From an uncultured Gemmatimonadales bacterium (lineage in GTDB: Bacteria > Gemmatimonadota > Gemmatimonadetes > Longimicrobiales > RSA9), in NCBI GenBank assembly GCA_963798085.1, contig CAWCRS010000002.1, positions 288,001 through 352,000 on the forward strand: a DNA stretch of 64,000 nt, in the 5' to 3' direction. The stretch's first letter is position 1. Each line of letters opens with the position of its first letter. A program made the translations under genes and the position numbers. The notes beneath the pieces are model-generated. The model did not search any database. It was not told the origin of the DNA and worked only from the letters and a program-made list of their open reading frames with translations. Positions 9,010 through 18,453 of the stretch are shown here, in pieces.

Positions 9010-10305
9010 ATGATACGGCATGTGAGCGTTCCGCGATGGAGCCGTCTGTACGTCGCTCTGGCCGCGGTCGTCGCGGCAGTCGGCATGGCCTTCACGGGCG
9101 TCGCGCGGGAGTCCGGCACTGCGAACATCATCCAGGGGCCGGGCGAGGAAACTCGGACGCAGATCGAGGTCAGCCGCCAGCAGCAGATCGAACGCGGCCG
9201 TCAGCTCGTGATCGAAGACGCGTGCAGCTTTTGTCATGGCGGCGTTGTCACCCCGGATCAGGAGGGCTGGCTGGTTGGCGCTACGAAACCGGAACTCGAG
9301 TTCCTGATTGGCCCTTGCGCCCTGCAGGCCGGCGCACAGCCATGCTTCAGGACCCGCCCGCGCAATCTCACGCCGGACAACCTCACGGGCATCGGACGCT
9401 TCACCGAGCGCCAGATCTTCAACGCGCTGCGCTTCGGGCTGCGACCCGAAGAAACGGCGGACGTGGAGATCACTTCCACGACGCCGGGGCAGGGAAACTT
9501 TCCACTGAACCCCAGGTATCTGGCGCCGCCCATGCCGTGGCCCGGGTGGCGCAACATGCCCGATGATGAGTTGTGGGCTATCGCGGCGTACCTCAAGAAC
9601 GGCGTCAAGCCGGTGAGCAGCCGCATTGCCGACAGCGACGGGCCGCCCGATTTCTGGGCGGGTGCCTATCCGGTGGAGTTTATCGGCACCTGGCCGGCTC
9701 CGCCGTTCCCGACCGCCAATGAAGTGATGCCTGCGCGCGCGGCCGACCTCGAGAAGATCCGGCGAGGGCGGCAGCTCGTGCTCCAGCACGAGTGTGGCGG
9801 CTGCCACGGCGGGATGAGCAATCCCGCAGGTAAGGGCTTTCTCGTCGGCGTGACACGTCCCGACGACCTGCTCCCCGTCGGGGCCTGCGCGGTCGAGCCC
9901 GGTACAACGCCGTGCTACCTCATGCGGCCGCGTAACCTCACGCCGGACAATGCCACCGGCACCGGCAGGTACAGCGAACGCCAGATCTTCAACGCGTTGC
10001 GCTATGGCCTGCGACCGAGCACGACGCCGGACGTCGACATCACGTCGGGAACGCCGGGCATGGGCAAATTCCCTGCGAAACCCGACTACCTGGGGCCGGA
10101 CATGCCGTGGCCGTCTTTCCGCCACATGCCCGACAGCGATCTGCGGGCCATCGCCGCGTACCTGAAGCGCGGCCTGCGTCCTGTGAGCAACAAGGTGGAG
10201 GACAGCGACAAGCCACCGGAAGGCTGGGCCAGCGCCTACTCGGTCGAGAACATCGGCAGCTTTCCAGCGCCGGCGTTTCCCACTAACAGAGAGGTCAAGC
10301 GGTAG
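9010..10305 (+). CDS. Periplasmic di-heme cytochrome c with internal duplication
   Basis: CSFCH and CGGCH. Repeated PRNLTPDN.TG.GR..ERQIFNALR.GLRP...MPWP units. Confidence 0.85.
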   Translation: MIRHVSVPRWSRLYVALAAVVAAVGMAFTGVARESGTANIIQGPGEETRTQIEVSRQQQIERGRQLVIEDACSFCHGGVVTPDQEGWLVGATKPELEFLIGPCALQAGAQPCFRTRPRNLTPDNLTGIGRFTERQIFNALRFGLRPEETADVEITSTTPGQGNFPLNPRYLAPPMPWPGWRNMPDDELWAIAAYLKNGVKPVSSRIADSDGPPDFWAGAYPVEFIGTWPAPPFPTANEVMPARAADLEKIRRGRQLVLQHECGGCHGGMSNPAGKGFLVGVTRPDDLLPVGACAVEPGTTPCYLMRPRNLTPDNATGTGRYSERQIFNALRYGLRPSTTPDVDITSGTPGMGKFPAKPDYLGPDMPWPSFRHMPDSDLRAIAAYLKRGLRPVSNKVEDSDKPPEGWASAYSVENIGSFPAPAFPTNREVKR

Positions 10306-10413
10306 CGCAGGCCGGGCTCGACAAGATCGCACGCGCTCGTTCGCAGGACGGCGCTCACGCAGCGGCCGGCGAAAGTCCGACATCAGCACCACCATCGGCT
10401 GCGGACGGTGGTG

Positions 10414-12903
10414 CTACACGCGCCGTTCGACCAGCTCGTTCCAGTCGCGGAAGCCTTCGGTCTCGGCCACCAGCTGGCGGGCACGCTCGAGGCCGAGCAC
10501 GAAACCCCCGTCAGCACCGTGGCGCAGCGCGAGCCGGTCGCGCACGCCCCTGCGCACCGCATCGACGTGATTGTAGCCGGTGTTCCAGGTGCGCAGGTCA
10601 ATGCCGTAGTGGTCGACGATCCGGCGCGCCGCGGCGTCGTCACCGTTGTCATGGGCGGCGACGAAGTCGTCCGCCAGCGCCGCACACTGCGCCAGCGTCG
10701 TCTCGGGTGGCAGGGTTGCGGTGGCTTCGTACGCGCGCAGCACATCGACAATACGCTGGTGGCCGCGGCGGGTGGCCCAGGCCATGGGCGTCGCCCACGG
10801 CGCATCGTCGGGCAGGCTCGTTCGGGCGCCGCGGCGCAGCAGGTATACGACCATGCGCAGCTTGCCGTGCCTTGCGGCATAGCCGAGCGGCGTGGACGAA
10901 TACTCGACATCGCGCACGTTCAGGTCGGCGCCGTGGTCCAGGAAGATGGCTGCGCGCTCAATGTCGCCATTCTGCGCGAAGCGGTGCAGCGGCGTGATGC
11001 GCAGCCAGTCCGGCCGGTTGGGATCCATGCCGTGCGCGAAGAGCAGCTCGTTCGCCGCGCGTGAGCGGCCGGCCACGGTCACGCGCTTCGGCAGGTCGGG
11101 CGCATAGCGCAGCACCAGGCGCAGGAACGGATCGTACCCGGCGGCATTGCCCAGGATGTCGGGATCGTCAGCCCGCGCCGGATTGGCGTCGAACACGGCC
11201 GCGGCCGTGACGAGATCGTCCTCGTGCGCCAGCAGCTGCACCTTGCGCGCCGCGCCGTACGACGCCAGCAGCTCGATCATGCGCTTGTCGCCGCGGCTCA
11301 TGGCAATGGTCAGCGTGTCCGCCGAGCTTTCTACCTCGACGTTCGCATACGCGCCGCGCTCGAGCAGCAGCTCCGCCACTTCGTAGTGCCCGTTGTAGAC
11401 GGCGGAGTAGAGGGCGATGCCGCGCGGTGCAATGTGCTCCTCGGGCAGGTTGGGGTCCGCGCCGTGGTCGAACAGCAGCCGCACGATCTCGAGGTGGCCC
11501 GCCGCCGCCGCATTGCGCAGCGGTGTGCCGGAACAGGCGTAGTAGGTGACGTATTCCGACGGCCTGTTGGCGAGTGAAGCGTCGCCTGCAAGCAGTTCCT
11601 GTACGCGCTCAATGTCGCCGATGTACGAGGCGGTGCAGATGTCGACATACGCGCCGCGGGAACGCAGGTGCTCGATGATCTGGCGCGGCGCCGTCGGATG
11701 GTCGTAGAGCCAGCCGCGGTAGGAGTAGTCGCCGTTGGCCAGCTGGATGGGCCGCGCCCCATCGGCCCGCTTCCCGTTGATGTCCGCGCCCCGTTCCAGC
11801 AGCAGGTCGATCATGGCGGGATTGCGCGTCATGGTCGCCCAGTGGATGGGCAGGTTGGTGGACTCGTCGGCGGCGTGGATCAGCTCGGGCTCTGCGTCCA
11901 GCAGCTGGCGCACCCTGTCCAGGTCGCGGGACCGGATGGCCTCGGCGATGGCGGCGCCGCGCGGCGAGAGGTGCATCGACTCCGCCAGCTTCGCCTCCAG
12001 CAGCTTCTCCATTTCCGTGAAGCCGCGCTCGCGCGCCTCCTCGAGCGGATTGCGGAACGGCTGCGCGCCATGGTCCAGCAGCCAGGCCGCGGCAGCGATC
12101 TGGTTCTCCTGCACGGCAAAGCCCAGCGCGGTGCGGTACTCGTACGCGCTGCGCAGCAGTGCCGGATCCTTCGCGACCAGGCGTTCGAGTGTCGCGATGT
12201 CACCGGTCATGGCAGCGCAGAACATCTCCCATACATCCACGCCCATGCCCGGCGACCAGAACAGCGGCTCGTTCTTCTTCAGCGCTTCCGGCCGGATGAG
12301 CAGTGCGACACGGTCGGCGAATGCCGGCCCGCTCAATGGCCTCGCCGCGTTCAGGTTTTCCTCAATGTCGCTCATGTGTTTCCTCAGCCGCTGTCTCGCC
12401 GAATACAGGCGAGTCTTCACGACATTCGCATTGACGTTCAGGAACTCGGCGATCGCGCTTTGCGAATGATCGCCCATGTAGTAGAGCAGCACGACCTGCT
12501 GCTCCGCTTCCGACAGTGTGCCGATCGCCGCACGCAGCGCGGCGCGCGTTTCCCGCACTTCCAGCGCCGCTTCCGGCGATGGCGCCGTCGAAGCGACATG
12601 CATGGCCGCATCCAGTGCGGTCACCGCGTGCTGCCGGCGCCGCGCGATGCGATCGCAGTGCTTGAACACGATGCTGCGGAACCACGCGGGGAACGCTGCG
12701 GGCTCGCGCAGTGCGCGCAGCTGGCGGTGCGCCTCGACGAACGCCTCCTGCGCCGCATCTTCCGCGAGATGGTAGTCGCCAAGAATCGACGTGGCATACG
12801 CCACTGCGATGTCCTGGAAGCTGCGCACCAGCTCGCCGAATGAGCGGCCGTCGCCCGCCTGCGCCGCGCGCACGAATGCCGTGATCTGCTCCCTGTCCGG
12901 CAA
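10414..12903 (-). CDS. ECF sigma factor fused to ankyrin repeats and a C-terminal helical domain
   Basis: TTG at 12903 after AAGGAGG. Region 2 AEDAAQEAF...FPAWF, region 4 IAEFLNVNANVVKTRLYSARQRL, many ankyrin repeats, C-terminus LERARQLVAETEGFRDW. Confidence 0.88.
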   Translation of the reverse strand: MPDREQITAFVRAAQAGDGRSFGELVRSFQDIAVAYATSILGDYHLAEDAAQEAFVEAHRQLRALREPAAFPAWFRSIVFKHCDRIARRRQHAVTALDAAMHVASTAPSPEAALEVRETRAALRAAIGTLSEAEQQVVLLYYMGDHSQSAIAEFLNVNANVVKTRLYSARQRLRKHMSDIEENLNAARPLSGPAFADRVALLIRPEALKKNEPLFWSPGMGVDVWEMFCAAMTGDIATLERLVAKDPALLRSAYEYRTALGFAVQENQIAAAAWLLDHGAQPFRNPLEEARERGFTEMEKLLEAKLAESMHLSPRGAAIAEAIRSRDLDRVRQLLDAEPELIHAADESTNLPIHWATMTRNPAMIDLLLERGADINGKRADGARPIQLANGDYSYRGWLYDHPTAPRQIIEHLRSRGAYVDICTASYIGDIERVQELLAGDASLANRPSEYVTYYACSGTPLRNAAAAGHLEIVRLLFDHGADPNLPEEHIAPRGIALYSAVYNGHYEVAELLLERGAYANVEVESSADTLTIAMSRGDKRMIELLASYGAARKVQLLAHEDDLVTAAAVFDANPARADDPDILGNAAGYDPFLRLVLRYAPDLPKRVTVAGRSRAANELLFAHGMDPNRPDWLRITPLHRFAQNGDIERAAIFLDHGADLNVRDVEYSSTPLGYAARHGKLRMVVYLLRRGARTSLPDDAPWATPMAWATRRGHQRIVDVLRAYEATATLPPETTLAQCAALADDFVAAHDNGDDAAARRIVDHYGIDLRTWNTGYNHVDAVRRGVRDRLALRHGADGGFVLGLERARQLVAETEGFRDWNELVERRV

Positions 12904-12962
12904 TTGCCTCCTTCTGGTAGATGGACCCGGGCAGTGCTGCAAAGGTGTGAGGTGGCGGGCGG

Positions 12963-13003
12963 TGGAGCGAATGCTGGAACGAATGCTGGAACGAATGATG
13001 GAG
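12963..13003. repeat. 12-bp tandem repeat, about 3.4 copies
   Basis: TGGAGCGAATGC TGGAACGAATGC TGGAACGAATGA TGGAG. Confidence 0.85.
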
Positions 13004-13132
13004 ACCCGGCCGCAAGCGAACGATGGGCGCGAGCGCAATCGCGGAAGGGAAAGCGCGCGGCGCGAGTGCAGCAGGATGCGCTGACCCCGGGCGCGGGTCC
13101 CGGGGCCAGTGGAATCGGATGCGGTTACCCGA

Positions 13133-13678
13133 CTAGTTCCCGCCGCCCTTGCTCGAAGGCGGCACCATCCCGTTCAGCCGCAGGTACGTCACCAGATTGC
13201 CGTAATGCTCGCCGTCGTGCGTGGCATTGATGACGAGCGCGTGCAGCCGGGTCACGTTCTGGCCGAACAGATTGGCCGGCACGCGCACCGCCGCATCCGT
13301 CTGCTGGTAGGCCTTGTCGCAGTATTCGTTGGACTCGCGCATGGCCTGCACCAGACCGGCCTTGGTGGTGACAGCCTTCTCGACCGCATCCTCCGCGGGC
13401 GGCTGCTCGCCCAGCGCCATGGCGCAGAACATTCGCTGCGAGCCGGCCACGTGCCCGATGATCTCGCCGAACGTACGCACTTCGGGCGTCGGCCGATACG
13501 AATACTTGGCCTCCGGCATGTCCTGCGCCGCCTGCAGGACATAACCGCTCATGGACTGCCACTGCCAGCGCACCGCCTGGACCGCGGCGTTGCCCGCACC
13601 GCCTCCGCGCTGCGCCTGGGCGGCGAGCGGCGTGATGGCTACCGACACGAGCGCGAGGACCGGGAAAGCCCGCGACAT
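13133..13678 (-). CDS. DinB family protein (exported)
   Basis: YSYRPTPEVRTFGEIIGH...HDGEHYGNLVTYLR, signal peptide, SD GAGG. Confidence 0.85.
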   Translation of the reverse strand: MSRAFPVLALVSVAITPLAAQAQRGGGAGNAAVQAVRWQWQSMSGYVLQAAQDMPEAKYSYRPTPEVRTFGEIIGHVAGSQRMFCAMALGEQPPAEDAVEKAVTTKAGLVQAMRESNEYCDKAYQQTDAAVRVPANLFGQNVTRLHALVINATHDGEHYGNLVTYLRLNGMVPPSSKGGGN

Positions 13679-13790
13679 GGTCACCTCTCTGAAGGAGTGC
13701 CCGGGGACAGGAAAGCCGAAGTTTGCGCCCCGACGGCACTGGACCGCAAGGCCGGGTGGCGACAACAACGGTTACTCGCGGGCTGGAGCC

Positions 13791-14243
13791 CTATGAGCGC
13801 AAGTCGTCAAGGAACTCGGATGCGGGAGCGACGCCCGTCACCAGGAGGCCGTCGCGCGCACGCGCCCAGGCCACATGAAGCAGATGGCGCTCGGTGTTGT
13901 AGACTTCCTCGAGGTCCGAGTCATCAGTGACAGCGAGAATGGCTGCTGGAGAATGCGCTGTCCCAGATCCCCGGTGAAGAACAGACCATTGCCCGTGTCA
14001 CCAGCCAGTGCGACAAGGAATCGAATCTGCGGTACGCCCAGGTCCTGCGCCTCATCTGCGACAATGTGTTCGAATGGACGCCGACCTGTTTCGCTGTAAT
14101 GCTCTGCGAGCGCACGGTGCATGCCGGCGGATGTCATGAGGCGGCGCGCCGCGAGCATGGCTCGGACACGGTCGAAAACGGCCCATAGCTTCGCGCGCTG
14201 TGCTTCCGGCAATCGTGTCTTCCTCCCCAGTCGCGCGACTTCG
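13791..14243 (-). pseudogene. UvrD/SF1 helicase remnant with internal deletion
   Basis: RLGRKTRLPEAQR...IVADEAQDLG...TGDLGQRILQQPF is joined near 13934, in another frame, to the C-terminus DLEEVYNTERHLLHVAWARARDGLLVTGVAPASEFLDDL*. Confidence 0.8.
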
Positions 14244-14452
14244 CCTTCCCTTGCCAGACCAGCTGCGGGTCGAGGTCACGGTTGCGTCGCTCGTAGGCGA
14301 CGCGTATCGGATCCTGCGCTTCCTTCCTTCTGCAGCACCGACTGGTATTCCGCGGTCGGAATGTTCTTCCGCCTTGCCTCGTCGTGCTGGAGCGTCGCTG
14401 CTTCACAAGGCTTTTTCGTGCCGCGCGCGCTGCCCGGTCGCTTCGTCGCCAT
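14244..14452 (-). pseudogene. 5' fragment of a probable type III-like DNA methyltransferase (Mod), frameshifted
   Basis: HDEARRKNIPTAEYQSVL and, in another frame, RVAYERRNRDLDPQLVWQGK. I recall these as typical N-terminal segments of such methyltransferases; not verified by search. Confidence 0.6.
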
Positions 14453-14462
14453 GTGAAATCCT

Positions 14463-14831
14463 TCAGGAGTTGCGGTGCGCCAGCGAAAGCTCTTCCGCCA
14501 CTGCTGACAATCTGTTATCCCGCGTCCACAGGCTGGCCGTGCCGTTCAGGGCAACGGCCGCGAGCAGATGGACATCGACCCAACCAATGCCACGACCCAT
14601 CAGCGCGTTCCGCTCGAGGTAGACCAGCGCTTCGTCATCCGTTGCGACGGGTGCCGCCGGAAGGCCGCGGATCAGGCCGAGCAGCTCGCGGCGGTTGCGC
14701 AGGTTGCCGCAGGCCAGTTCACCAAGGACGAACGGATGCATCAGGACCCGTCCCGCGTTCAGCTCGGCCGCGAGACCCGGCTCGCGGCCCCGCAGGTGAC
14801 CGATCCACACCGACGTGTCGACGAGAATCAT
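14463..14831 (-). CDS. vapC: VapC PIN-domain toxin
   Basis: MILVDTSVWI...VLGELACG...GIGWVDVHLLA...LWTRD. Confidence 0.92.
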   Translation of the reverse strand: MILVDTSVWIGHLRGREPGLAAELNAGRVLMHPFVLGELACGNLRNRRELLGLIRGLPAAPVATDDEALVYLERNALMGRGIGWVDVHLLAAVALNGTASLWTRDNRLSAVAEELSLAHRNS

Positions 14832-14835
14832 GACT

Positions 14836-15033
14836 TCACGCCGAACGGGCACGCCGTCGCGGCGGCGTAACCACCGCGGGCTCGCTGCCACCGAGGCGGG
14901 CCAGCTGGCGGGCACTCTCGCGCTCGATCAGCGCACGCAGCGCTTCGCGAACGAGCGCCGTCCGCTCCTTCATGCCCGTGAGCTTCTGCGCCTCGCGCAC
15001 CAGCTCATCATCCAGATTGATCGTCGTCCGCAT
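14836..15033 (-). CDS. vapB: VapB antitoxin
   Basis: MRTTINLDDELVREAQKLTGMKERTALVREALRALI, directly upstream of vapC. Confidence 0.9.
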   Translation of the reverse strand: MRTTINLDDELVREAQKLTGMKERTALVREALRALIERESARQLARLGGSEPAVVTPPRRRARSA

Positions 15034-15303
15034 GCGTTCCACCAGTTTCGAGTATGCATGGAATCTACACCATCTGGTGCCGGTACCCATGCCTTTGTGG
15101 GACTCAGACCGGGACGGAACATGGAAACGGAGAGTGGACCGCCGCATGTCCTCGAGGTACTCCAGGCTCAGGTCGACATCCTCGCCGAGGATGCCCGCGT
15201 TGCGCGTGATGGAGGGGCTCCGATGCGGATGTGTTCTGGCAGGCTCGCCCAGCAGGGTCCGCGGCCTGGTGCAACGCGAGGGCCGTGCATCTCCACAAGC
15301 CCT

Positions 15304-16191
15304 TCACCGGCCCATCTCGCGCACGACTTCGTGCGGCGATTTGTCCGGACGCAGCCCGAGCAGTCGGGCGTGGCGCAGCTTGCCGTGCCCGGTCCACTCG
15401 ATGAACGCGACCTGCACGACGAGCTCGGGGCGCACCCAGTGGGCGCGCACGCGCGGCAGGCCCACGGCGCGCGTGAACGGCGTTTTCGGAATCTCCAGCG
15501 CGTCCATGCGCGCGCGCAGGTCGAGCAGCAGCGCCGTATCGAAGCCGGTGCCCACCTTGCCCGCAAACACGAAGTCAGCGCCATCGTAGTAACCGACGAG
15601 CAGGGCGCCGAAGCCCACGCGCTTGCCTTGCGGATCCGTGAATCCGCCCACCACCAGCTCCTGCGATGCTTCGCACTTCATCTTGAGCCAGTGCGGCGAG
15701 CGCCGGTGCTCGTACGGCGAGTCACGGCGTTTGGCGACGACGCCCTCCCAGCCTTCGCGGCACGCACGCTCCCACGGCTGCGCATCGTCCACGCGCTGCA
15801 CGAGGCCGAGCGGCGGCGCGAGGGGCAGCTGCTCGAGCAGTGCGCGGCGTGCATCCAGCGGCAGCTGCGTCACGTCCTGTCCGTTCAGCCACACGATGTC
15901 GAACACATGGTACACGATGCGACCGGCATGGCCCCATATGCCGAGCGCCTCGCCGTCCAGGATCACGTCGTGCACAGGCAGCGCCGCAATGGCTCGCCCC
16001 ACGGCGGGATACGCGCCGTCCTGCGGCAGCCGGTTGCGCGACAGCAGACGCACGTGTGCACCATCCTTGAATGCGAGCAGCCGGATGCCGTCGAGCTTGC
16101 GCTCGAATACCCACTCCGGTCCGGTGAAGCGCTCCTGCGTGAGCGTCGCGGCCATGGGCACGATCCAGTCGGGAAAAGCGCTCTCGGTCAT
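15304..16191 (-). CDS. ligD: LigD-type ATP-dependent DNA ligase domain (standalone)
   Basis: FERKLDGIR (KxDG), EGVVAK, WLKMK, OB-fold GKVGTGF...LRHA. Confidence 0.9.
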   Translation of the reverse strand: MTESAFPDWIVPMAATLTQERFTGPEWVFERKLDGIRLLAFKDGAHVRLLSRNRLPQDGAYPAVGRAIAALPVHDVILDGEALGIWGHAGRIVYHVFDIVWLNGQDVTQLPLDARRALLEQLPLAPPLGLVQRVDDAQPWERACREGWEGVVAKRRDSPYEHRRSPHWLKMKCEASQELVVGGFTDPQGKRVGFGALLVGYYDGADFVFAGKVGTGFDTALLLDLRARMDALEIPKTPFTRAVGLPRVRAHWVRPELVVQVAFIEWTGHGKLRHARLLGLRPDKSPHEVVREMGR

Positions 16192-16543
16192 GGCCCGGCT
16201 AACAGGGTGGATGCGTCGGCTTGCATGGTTGGTGGGCGAGCGGTGAGGTCTGTCGCAACCGCAGACCGGGCTCGAATCGGCCGTGTTTCCGGCGACGACG
16301 GGTGCCCGTTCTTCCGGCGGCAAGCCTACCGCCGGCTCCACCGAGCGTCAACACGGCTCAGGCGCGCGATTCATCACGGTTCCGGTCCCGTTCTTCCCGC
16401 GGCCCTTTCGTGGAGTCACGCAGCCACGCTCCGTGCCTGCCCGCCCGCAGGTTGCGTGGCGCCGGGCCGCGGCGTTACGTACGCTGGCATCCTGCACACA
16501 GCCAGGCGATGGCGCGAACGCACGCGGGGAATCCAGACTCAGC

Positions 16544-17656
16544 ATGAACCGGAACCGCAGTCCCGACCCACAGCGCATTGCGCTCAGGCCGCTCGCGCTG
16601 GGCGCGCTGCTCTTCCTGCTGGGAGCGATGGTCGGCATCGGTGTGCGCGACTTTCCCATGAAGTCGCGCACACCCATGGGCGGTTCACTGCGCCAGCTGC
16701 TGCTGATGACCGTGGGGCCGGATACGGTGAACCTGTATGTGGCCGTGCTCGCCGTCCCGTTCTTCGTCTGGGCCGCGCGCCGCTGGCCGGTCGCGCGACC
16801 CGTCTCGCGCAGAAACTTCCTCGTCCAGACGCTGCTGATCCTGCTCGTGGCGGGACTGGGCGTCGTCGCCTTCTATCTGGTCGTGGACGGACGCAACCCG
16901 GGCATGCGCGTGATGCCCGTGTTCTTCGCCACCTACCGCGCCGCCGCGACCCTTCCCGTGATCGCGGGTGTCGCCATTCTGGGGCAGGCCATCGAGCTGG
17001 GTACGCGGGCGCAGCGCAGTGCGCTGGATGCGGAGCGCCTGCGCGCCCGCCTGGCCGATGCCCGGCTGGCCACGCTCACCGCGCAGCTGCGCCCGCACTT
17101 CCTGTTCAACACGCTGCAGAACGTGTCCACGCTGATGTACGAACGCCCCGCGGATGCTGACGCGCTGTTAGCACACCTGGGCGAGCTGCTGCGCGCATCC
17201 TTCCGCTTTGCCGACACGCGCACCATTCCGCTGCACGAGGAGCTGCGCCTGGTGCGCGACTACATCGAGATTGCGCGCGTTCGTCATGGCGAGCGGCTCA
17301 GCTTCGAGCTGGATGTCGAGGACGCGGCGCTGGCCGAGGCCGTACCACCGTTCCTGCTGCAGCCCATTGTCGAGAATGCCATCGAGCACGGCCTCGACGA
17401 CGAGCTGGCGGGCGTCCACATCGCGATCCGCGCGCGTTTGGCTGCCGGTGCGCTCGCTGTCGCCGTGTCCGACAGCGGGCGCGGCCCCAATGCCGGCGCC
17501 GGCGATAACAGCGGTATCGGGCTGCGCAACACGCGCGAGCGGCTGGTCGAGACGTTCGGTGCGGCGGCCTCGCTCACCCTGCGGCCGCTGCCCGGTGGTG
17601 GCACGATCGTCGAGCTGCGCATACCGCCGCGCAATGCCGACGGAGGAAGCCGCTGA
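16544..17656 (+). CDS. LytS/YehU-type sensor histidine kinase
   Basis: TM helices, AQLRPHFLFNTL, LLQPIVENAIEHG, GIGLRN. Confidence 0.92.
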   Translation: MNRNRSPDPQRIALRPLALGALLFLLGAMVGIGVRDFPMKSRTPMGGSLRQLLLMTVGPDTVNLYVAVLAVPFFVWAARRWPVARPVSRRNFLVQTLLILLVAGLGVVAFYLVVDGRNPGMRVMPVFFATYRAAATLPVIAGVAILGQAIELGTRAQRSALDAERLRARLADARLATLTAQLRPHFLFNTLQNVSTLMYERPADADALLAHLGELLRASFRFADTRTIPLHEELRLVRDYIEIARVRHGERLSFELDVEDAALAEAVPPFLLQPIVENAIEHGLDDELAGVHIAIRARLAAGALAVAVSDSGRGPNAGAGDNSGIGLRNTRERLVETFGAAASLTLRPLPGGGTIVELRIPPRNADGGSR

Positions 17657-18417
17657 GCGCGCGCGTCCTGATCGTCGACGACGAAGCCCTCGTGCGTCGT
17701 CGTATTCGCACGCTGCTGGAGGAGCGCGCTGACATCGTGGTGACCGGCGAGTGCGTGGATGGCCTCGATGCGATTCGCGCGATCCGGCAGGAGCGGCCGG
17801 ACATCGTGTTCCTCGACGTGCACATGCCCCGGCTGGATGGCTTCGGCGTGCTGGCCCATCTGCCTGCGCCCATCCGTCCGGTCTTCGTCTTCATCACTGC
17901 GTACGACGAGCACGCCATCCATGCCTTCGACGTGGGCGCCGCGGATTATGTACTCAAGCCGATTCGCCCGGACCGCTTCGCACTCGCGGTGGATCGCGCG
18001 CTGGGCCGGCTGGATGTGCTCCCCGCGGAGCGTGCCGCGCTGGACGCCGTGCTGCAGAATGCGCGGGCGCACGGCCGTGTGCTCGACCGCTTCGTCGTGG
18101 AACGGCGGGGCCGCATGCAGATACTGCCGGCAAGGTCGGTGCGCTGGCTGGAATCGGTGGGCAACTACGTGCGCGTGCACGTCGAGGATGGCACGTCACA
18201 CGTGGTGCGCACCACACTGCGCGCGCTGGCCGATCAGCTGGACCCGCAGCGCTTCGTGCGCATCCACCGCGCGACCATTGTGCAGGCCACGCGCGTGACG
18301 GCGCTCGAACCGCGCGGCCATGGCGATGCCACGGTCACGCTCGATGACGGCACGCAGCTCGCCGCCAGCCGGGGCCGCGTCGCCGCGCTCAAGGCGCTGG
18401 TTCCGCGCTTGCGCTGA
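17653..18417 (+). CDS. LytTR response regulator (apparent CTG start)
   Basis: Receiver RVLIVDDE lies upstream of the tracked ORF start. FLDVHMP, DYVLKP, FVRIHRATIV. GGAGG is 6 nt before CTG 17653. Confidence 0.88.
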   Translation: MSARVLIVDDEALVRRRIRTLLEERADIVVTGECVDGLDAIRAIRQERPDIVFLDVHMPRLDGFGVLAHLPAPIRPVFVFITAYDEHAIHAFDVGAADYVLKPIRPDRFALAVDRALGRLDVLPAERAALDAVLQNARAHGRVLDRFVVERRGRMQILPARSVRWLESVGNYVRVHVEDGTSHVVRTTLRALADQLDPQRFVRIHRATIVQATRVTALEPRGHGDATVTLDDGTQLAASRGRVAALKALVPRLR

Positions 18418-18453
18418 GTCCTGCCGAACCACAGCGCAGGCGACACTCCGCCG

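Noticed and set aside
12963..13003. CRISPR-like array
   Set aside because: Head-to-tail 12-mers without spacers, and no cas genes in the window.
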